Assembly (NCBI GenBank): GCA_026396285.1
Contig: JAPLXB010000027.1
Coordinates: forward strand, 1-57,179
DNA: 57,179 bases
Reading direction: 5' to 3'
From: Candidatus Micrarchaeota archaeon
GTDB lineage: Archaea; Micrarchaeota; Micrarchaeia; Norongarragalinales; JAPLXB01
A program made the translations under genes and the position numbers. Positions 52,297 to 57,179 of this stretch are shown in pieces; within the stretch, counting starts at the first letter, position 1, and each line of letters starts with the position of its first letter. The notes below the pieces were generated by a model, which saw nothing but the letters and a program-made list of their open reading frames with translations, did not search any database and was not told the origin of the DNA.

Positions 52297-53205
52297 TCAG
52301 TGTTTTACCTCGCACACGCCGCCCCTGCCGCACGCGAACTTCCTTGTCTCGAACTGTATCGTGGCGTGTGAAATCCCCAGCTCCTTCCTCAGCCTGCAGT
52401 CAATGTCCTCGTAAATGCACGCGGTCCTGCTCACCCTCGAGTCGTCGATTGTCGCGTGCGCAGTAACGTAAATGATGTCCGAGCAGATGCTCCACACGTG
52501 GACGTCGTGCACGCCCCGCACGCCCCTGGCGCCTTTTATGCATTTCTCGACCATTTTCTGCGTCAGTCCGGGCGGCGAGAATTCGAACAAAATCCTCAGC
52601 GACCCCCTCAGCAAGCGGTATGAACTCGTCAAAATGATTGCTGCAATCACGAGGCTCGCAACCAAGTCAATTGCCATGTTTCCAGTCAATGCAATCAGCG
52701 CTCCCGCGACAATGACTCCAATCGACGAAACGGCGTCTCCAAAGGCGTGCAAGTAGGCGCTTTTCACGTTAAGGTTCTCGTGCCCGCGGAGTTTTACGAC
52801 GACCCACAGGTTTGCCGCGAGGCCTACTACTGCTATTGAAAGCATTCCAAACGCGTTCACGGCCGGCGGGTTAGTGAACCTTTGAAACGCTTCGTAAACA
52901 ATCAACAGGGTTATCAGGACGAGGCTGAAGCCGTTGAAAGCGGCCGCGAAGACTTCGGTCCGGTGGTAGCCGAAGGTGCGCCTCGTCCGCGGCGGCCTCA
53001 AGGCGATGCGGAACGCGGCGAAACTCACTGCGATTGAAAGGACATCCGACGCCATGTGGCCCGCGTCACTCAACAGAGCCAAGCTGTTTGACAGGACGCC
53101 GCCAGCGACTTCAAGCAGGAAGACTGCGGAAGTTATCGCAAGGGCTATCCCGAGGTTTTTCCCGATTAAAGCGTCTTTTTTGTGCTCCAAGCGAATTGCC
53201 TTCAA
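52297..53205 (-). CDS. cation diffusion facilitator (CzcD/ZitB-type) transporter
   Basis: Six TM segments with LLSDAGHMASD (TM2 HxxxD) and HAFGDAVSS (TM5), plus a cytoplasmic C-domain with VHDVHVW. TTG start. Confidence 0.88.
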   Translation of the reverse strand: MKAIRLEHKKDALIGKNLGIALAITSAVFLLEVAGGVLSNSLALLSDAGHMASDVLSIAVSFAAFRIALRPPRTRRTFGYHRTEVFAAAFNGFSLVLITLLIVYEAFQRFTNPPAVNAFGMLSIAVVGLAANLWVVVKLRGHENLNVKSAYLHAFGDAVSSIGVIVAGALIALTGNMAIDLVASLVIAAIILTSSYRLLRGSLRILFEFSPPGLTQKMVEKCIKGARGVRGVHDVHVWSICSDIIYVTAHATIDDSRVSRTACIYEDIDCRLRKELGISHATIQFETRKFACGRGGVCEVKH

Positions 53206-53208
53206 TTT

Positions 53209-53892
53209 TCATTGCTTGCTTTTGTTGTTCTCGTATTTTGCCGAAATCACTTTCCTCATTTCGCGCGCCCGGACCTTGCCGACTCCGCCTGCCTCCATCA
53301 ATTCTTTTTCGGTTGCGGTAAAAACCCTTTCCACGCTCCCGAAATGCGCGAGCAGGCTTTTGGCAGTCACCGGGCCGATGAGGGGAAGGCCTTCCACGAT
53401 GAACTGCTGGTAAAGCTCGAGCGGGAACGCCCTTTTCTCCAACCGCAGCCGCAGCTCCTTTTCCGGCTGGATTTGCTCGCGGAACGCCGCTTGGTAAACG
53501 AATTCGGCAAACCCTTCGTCGTCCTTGACGACGTGCACCGGCAGCCTGTAATCAACCATTAACGCAATCAGCGCCCCCCGAACGGCCTTCATTTCAAGGC
53601 GCTCGAACTTGCTGCCGACAAGCACCAGGAGCGGCCTTTCAAAGTTTTCCACGAGTTCCTTCGCCTGCGCAAATAGCCGGCCGTCCATTATGCTGGACTC
53701 AAAATCCGTGGAGGATTTCTTTTCTATCCCCACGCGCTTGGAAATGACGAAGTCGGCGACTGCAAGCCGTTTCACGGTTATTTCCGCGCCCAATTCCGCG
53801 AGGCGAGAGACCGCAAGCGAATCAGCCTCGCGGTCGTCAACCACCACGACAACTTTCCCGGCCTCGGGTTTGAAAACGATTTCAGAAGCCAC
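53209..53892 (-). CDS. XPF/ERCC4-type nuclease with C-terminal (HhH)2 (Hef nuclease half)
   Basis: VVVDDRE and ADFVISKRVGIEKKSSTDFESSIMDGRLF form the ERCC4 motif. The HhH tail is LLAHFGSVERVFTATEKELMEAGGVGKVRA. GTG start, in frame with the upstream helicase ORF. Confidence 0.85.
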   Translation of the reverse strand: MASEIVFKPEAGKVVVVVDDREADSLAVSRLAELGAEITVKRLAVADFVISKRVGIEKKSSTDFESSIMDGRLFAQAKELVENFERPLLVLVGSKFERLEMKAVRGALIALMVDYRLPVHVVKDDEGFAEFVYQAAFREQIQPEKELRLRLEKRAFPLELYQQFIVEGLPLIGPVTAKSLLAHFGSVERVFTATEKELMEAGGVGKVRAREMRKVISAKYENNKSKQ

Positions 53893-53913
53893 GAAAAAGG
53901 AAAGGCGCGGGCA

Positions 53914-55488
53914 TTAAAAGAATTCGCCGATGCTTTTCTGGCCTGTCGAAGGCCGCGTTTCCCCGCCTGTTCCAGCTTCGCGCTTTTCGCCTCCGCGCAC
54001 TCCTGCATCATGCATTTCCTTCTTCATTTCAGCCAGCGTCTTCTTCATCGTCTTCTCCTTTCGCTTCGAAATCCACAAATACGCCTCGTCCTTGGTGTCC
54101 TCCGCCACCAACACGACTGCCCGGCCCGCCTTCACCCTGCCCGCCCGCCCACGGCGCTGGATCAACCTGATTTCGGACGGAACCGCCTCGTAAAACACGA
54201 CCTCGTCAACCGCAGGAATGTCCAGTCCCTCTTCGCCGACCTGCGTCGCCACCAAGACATTGAATTCCTTTTCCCTGAATGAATCAACCAACCCAATCTG
54301 TTCCTTTTGCTTCATTCCGCCGTCGCCGCTCCTTCCGACCAGCAGCCGTGCGTCCACGCCCTTGATTTTGTTCAAGTCGCGCAACACGTTTTTCGCGGAA
54401 TCGCGGTAATGCACGAAGACAATGAGGTAATTTCCCGCCAGCGTTTCGCGCTCGACGATTTCCTTCAACTTCGCCGCCTTGGGGTGCTCTATTCCGGCTG
54501 CGAGGAGGCTCCTGCACTCCAGTTTTATCTCATCAACGCGCGGGTCGGCAAGCAGCCTGATTACTGCCTTTGATTTTTCCTCGCGTCCGGCCATCCCTTC
54601 CAAGAAATTTAACAACGCTTCCACGCCCTGGCTTTCAAGCAAGTCAACTGCATGCACGAGGTTAATCGCCCTCGCCAATTCACTCAGCGCCTTGTACGTC
54701 TTCGGCAGCTGCCTCAGCATCTGCCCCCGTAGTAGGAGCAACTGCTTCTTGTTCGGCCGCTTTGCCTTGATTGAAAAGCCGTAGGCCGTGATCATTTTCG
54801 CGCTTTCTTCAACCATTGCCAAAAGCATTGCCCGCAGCGCCACTATTTCCGGCGGCAGTTTCACGAAAACCCAGTCGAATTCAATCCTTTTCACGTACTG
54901 TAACACGTCCGCGTCCTCAAGCCCCCTTGACTCAATCTGCGCAATGCCGAGGTTGTCGCATACTTCCCGGACTTTTTCCTTTTCAGAAGAAGGCGAAGCG
55001 GTGAGCCCGAGCACGAGGACGTTTTTTCTCTTAGCCGCAGCGCCTATTGGCACGTATGCATAGTCGCCGACCGCGCGGTGGGCCTCGTCAAACACGATAA
55101 GCGCATACTGCGCCAAGTCAATCCTGTCCTTCGCCAAGTCGTTTTCAATGCACTGCGGCGTGGCGGAAACAACCTGCGCTGCCGCATAAGCTTTTTTCCT
55201 TTCAACCGGATTCATTTCGCCGGTCGCCAGCACCACGTCCCCGCCGATTTCCAGCAATTCCTTTATCCGCCGCGCCTGCTGGGCAGCCAGCGGCTTCGTG
55301 GGCGCCAAAAACAAGAATTTTGCGCCAGGGTTTTTCTTCAACAACGCCGCCATCACCAGCAGCGCCACAAACGTTTTTCCCAGAGCAGTAGGCATGACGA
55401 CAAGCGTGTTCGCGCGCGCCGCGCCCTCGGCAACCCGCGCCTGGTAGTCCCTGGCTTCAAAACCCTTCCTCAACGGCAGGCCGTCCAA
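53914..55488 (-). CDS. hef: Hef/FANCM-type DEAH helicase (Hef helicase half)
   Basis: RDYQ, MPTALGKT, FDEAHRA, GLTASP and QRRGRAGR. TTG start. The TAA stop lies 21 nt upstream of the nuclease start. Confidence 0.85.
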   Translation of the reverse strand: MDGLPLRKGFEARDYQARVAEGAARANTLVVMPTALGKTFVALLVMAALLKKNPGAKFLFLAPTKPLAAQQARRIKELLEIGGDVVLATGEMNPVERKKAYAAAQVVSATPQCIENDLAKDRIDLAQYALIVFDEAHRAVGDYAYVPIGAAAKRKNVLVLGLTASPSSEKEKVREVCDNLGIAQIESRGLEDADVLQYVKRIEFDWVFVKLPPEIVALRAMLLAMVEESAKMITAYGFSIKAKRPNKKQLLLLRGQMLRQLPKTYKALSELARAINLVHAVDLLESQGVEALLNFLEGMAGREEKSKAVIRLLADPRVDEIKLECRSLLAAGIEHPKAAKLKEIVERETLAGNYLIVFVHYRDSAKNVLRDLNKIKGVDARLLVGRSGDGGMKQKEQIGLVDSFREKEFNVLVATQVGEEGLDIPAVDEVVFYEAVPSEIRLIQRRGRAGRVKAGRAVVLVAEDTKDEAYLWISKRKEKTMKKTLAEMKKEMHDAGVRGGEKREAGTGGETRPSTGQKSIGEFF

Positions 55489-55623
55489 AAAAACCCCCTG
55501 GAACCACTCAAAACACCGAAAAAACAGTTAAACAAACCCCTTTATCTATTCGCAGACTCCACAAGGTTTAAATAAACCGGCGCCGAAATGGGAACGGTTT
55601 TTGAGTGATTCAAAGTGACTAAC

Positions 55624-55824
55624 ATGCCTGACTTGCCACTGGCGCCCGTCGAACGACTCATACGCAAAGCAGGAGCCGAACGCGTTTCAGAAGACGCCTC
55701 GGAGGCGCTGGCGGACGTGTTGGAACAGGCGGCACAAGACATTTCCCAAAAAGCAGTGCAGTTGGCAAAACACGCTGGACGAAAGACAGTCACCGCAGAA
55801 GACATAAAACTCGCCTCCCGCTGA
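55624..55824 (+). CDS. archaeal histone (single histone fold)
   Basis: [69 protein letters not shown] box at 55567-55574. Confidence 0.9.
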   Translation: MPDLPLAPVERLIRKAGAERVSEDASEALADVLEQAAQDISQKAVQLAKHAGRKTVTAEDIKLASR

Positions 55825-55875
55825 AAACCAGCCACCACCTATTTTTTTAAAACACCCGCCACCCTAATCAGCACC

Positions 55876-57179
55876 ATGCCAGCGCCAACCGCGTACCACG
55901 GCTACATCGACTTGAAATACGAGCCGACCAGCAACGATCTAGTTACCGAGTTCCGCGTCGAACCCGCAAAAGGAGTTTCTTTCAAGACAGCAGCCGAGGC
56001 AGTGGCTGGGGAATCATCCATCGGGACATGGACTGCGATCGTCGGCGCTCCTGAAAGGATTGCGAAAACACTTGCGCCGCACATTTTTTACCTCAATGAA
56101 AAAAGCAGGATAGCGAAAATAGCTTACCCGAGCGACCTTTTTGAACCCGGGAACATCCCCCAGATACTGAGTTCGGTGGCCGGAAACGTTTTCGGAATGA
56201 AAATAGTCGAAAACCTCCGTCTTGAAGACATCGATTTCCCGGACAGCATAATAAACTCGTTCAAGGGGCCTGCGCTCGGAATCCCCGGCATCCGGAAACT
56301 GTTGAGCGTGAAAAACCAGTCTCTTCTCGGCACGAAAAGGCCCCTGATCGGGACAATCGTCAAGCCAAAGCTCGGGTTGAATGAAAAAGAGCACGCCAAC
56401 GTCGCCTACGAAGCCTGGGTAAACGGATTGGACCTCGTCAAGGACGACGAAAACCTGACGTCAATGAAATTCAACAACTTCGAGAAACGCGTGGTTCTGA
56501 CACTGGACGCAATGGACCGCGCAGCGGCGGAAACCGGCGAAAAAAAACTAGCGGTACTGAACGTCACCGCCGAAGCAGGTGAAATGGTTCGCCGCGCGCA
56601 ATTCATCAAAGACCACGGCGGAAACACTGCCATGATAGACATCCTGACCGCCGGTTGGGCGGGGTTACAAACCCTGCGGAAGGCAAACACGGGCCTCATA
56701 ATCCACGCCCACCGCGCAATGCACGCCGCCTTCACCAGAAACCCGCGGCACGGCATTTCAATGCTCGCCATCGCAAAATGCGCGAGGCTAATCGGCGTGG
56801 ACACGCTCCACATCGGCGCCGTCTACGGGAAAATGGAGGGCGGGAAAAGCCAAGCGCTTCACTTACAACAAGAAATAGAAGAGAGACTCGTCCCCGAGCA
56901 CAAGAAATGCCGCGTGCTGGCAGAAAACTGGCACAAAATCAAGCCGGTGTTTGCAGTCGCCTCGGGCGGGTTGCATCCAGGAGTGCTGCCGAAACTGGTT
57001 CACACGATGGGAAACGACATAATCGCGCAAATGGGCGGCGGCTGCCACGGGCACCCGCGCGGAACCGCGGCCGGAGCAAGGGCAATCAGGCAGGCACTGG
57101 ACGCAACGCTCCAGCAAATTCCGTTGAAGGAATACGCAAAAAGCCATGAAGAACTCGCCCAAGCAATAAAAAAATGGGG
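55876..57179 (+). CDS. rbcL: RuBisCO large subunit, form III-like (3' end outside window)
   Basis: Not in the ORF track because there is no stop in the window. My own frame-1 translation from ATG 55876 gives GESSIGTWT, GTIVKPKLGL, DLVKDDENL (carbamylated Lys), IIHAHRAMHAA, VASGGLHPG and MGGGCHGHP. Confidence 0.9.
   Translation, partial: MPAPTAYHGYIDLKYEPTSNDLVTEFRVEPAKGVSFKTAAEAVAGESSIGTWTAIVGAPERIAKTLAPHIFYLNEKSRIAKIAYPSDLFEPGNIPQILSSVAGNVFGMKIVENLRLEDIDFPDSIINSFKGPALGIPGIRKLLSVKNQSLLGTKRPLIGTIVKPKLGLNEKEHANVAYEAWVNGLDLVKDDENLTSMKFNNFEKRVVLTLDAMDRAAAETGEKKLAVLNVTAEAGEMVRRAQFIKDHGGNTAMIDILTAGWAGLQTLRKANTGLIIHAHRAMHAAFTRNPRHGISMLAIAKCARLIGVDTLHIGAVYGKMEGGKSQALHLQQEIEERLVPEHKKCRVLAENWHKIKPVFAVASGGLHPGVLPKLVHTMGNDIIAQMGGGCHGHPRGTAAGARAIRQALDATLQQIPLKEYAKSHEELAQAIKKW

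Overview
Archaeal chromosomal segment, densely coded on both strands (about 80 genes), visibly GC-rich with a few AT-rich patches. Archaeal markers are TFE, two histone-fold genes, aTrm56, archaeal-type PEP carboxylase, DtdA, Hef/XPF, uS2, intron-containing tRNAs and TATA-type, near-leaderless promoters. Non-ATG (GTG/TTG) starts and 1-8 nt start/stop overlaps are frequent.

Housekeeping content:
- Metabolism and nucleotides: a PpsA-like swivel-domain protein, CTP synthase, two cysteine desulfurases plus IscU, dCTP deaminase, enolase plus bacterial-type iPGM, AspAT plus archaeal PEPC, an NrdR/NrdJ/NrdH-like cluster, and form III RuBisCO (runs off the 3' end).
- RNA genes: tRNA-Cys, tRNA-Lys(CUU) with a 60-nt intron, and initiator tRNA-Met with a 43-nt non-canonical intron.
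- DNA and chromatin: Lhr-type helicase, Orc1/Cdc6-like ATPase, ScpB, Hef helicase and XPF nuclease.
- Other: two large paralogous glycoprotein-like surface proteins, rhomboid protease, MEMO-like protein, CDF transporter.

The stand-out feature is a compact eukaryote-like ubiquitylation module at about 41.1-45.3 kb:
- a UBC-fold E2 with the HPN...C motif
- an 80-aa ubiquitin homologue ending exactly in Gly-Gly-stop
- an Rpn11/CSN5-like JAMM deubiquitylase
- a winged-helix plus C4HC3 RING-type zinc-finger protein
- a minimal ThiF/MoeB-type E1

Secondary oddities:
- a perfect in-frame 60-bp tandem duplication inside pyrG
- Hef split by a single in-frame TAA
- a repeat-rich AT-rich candidate origin upstream of the Orc1/Cdc6-like gene
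- several mini-proteins missing from the ORF track (TFB zinc ribbon only, SWIB-like)
- an AT-richer block of orphan genes at 35.6-37.5 kb

All calls rest on reading the translations and DNA by eye. No database search was possible.
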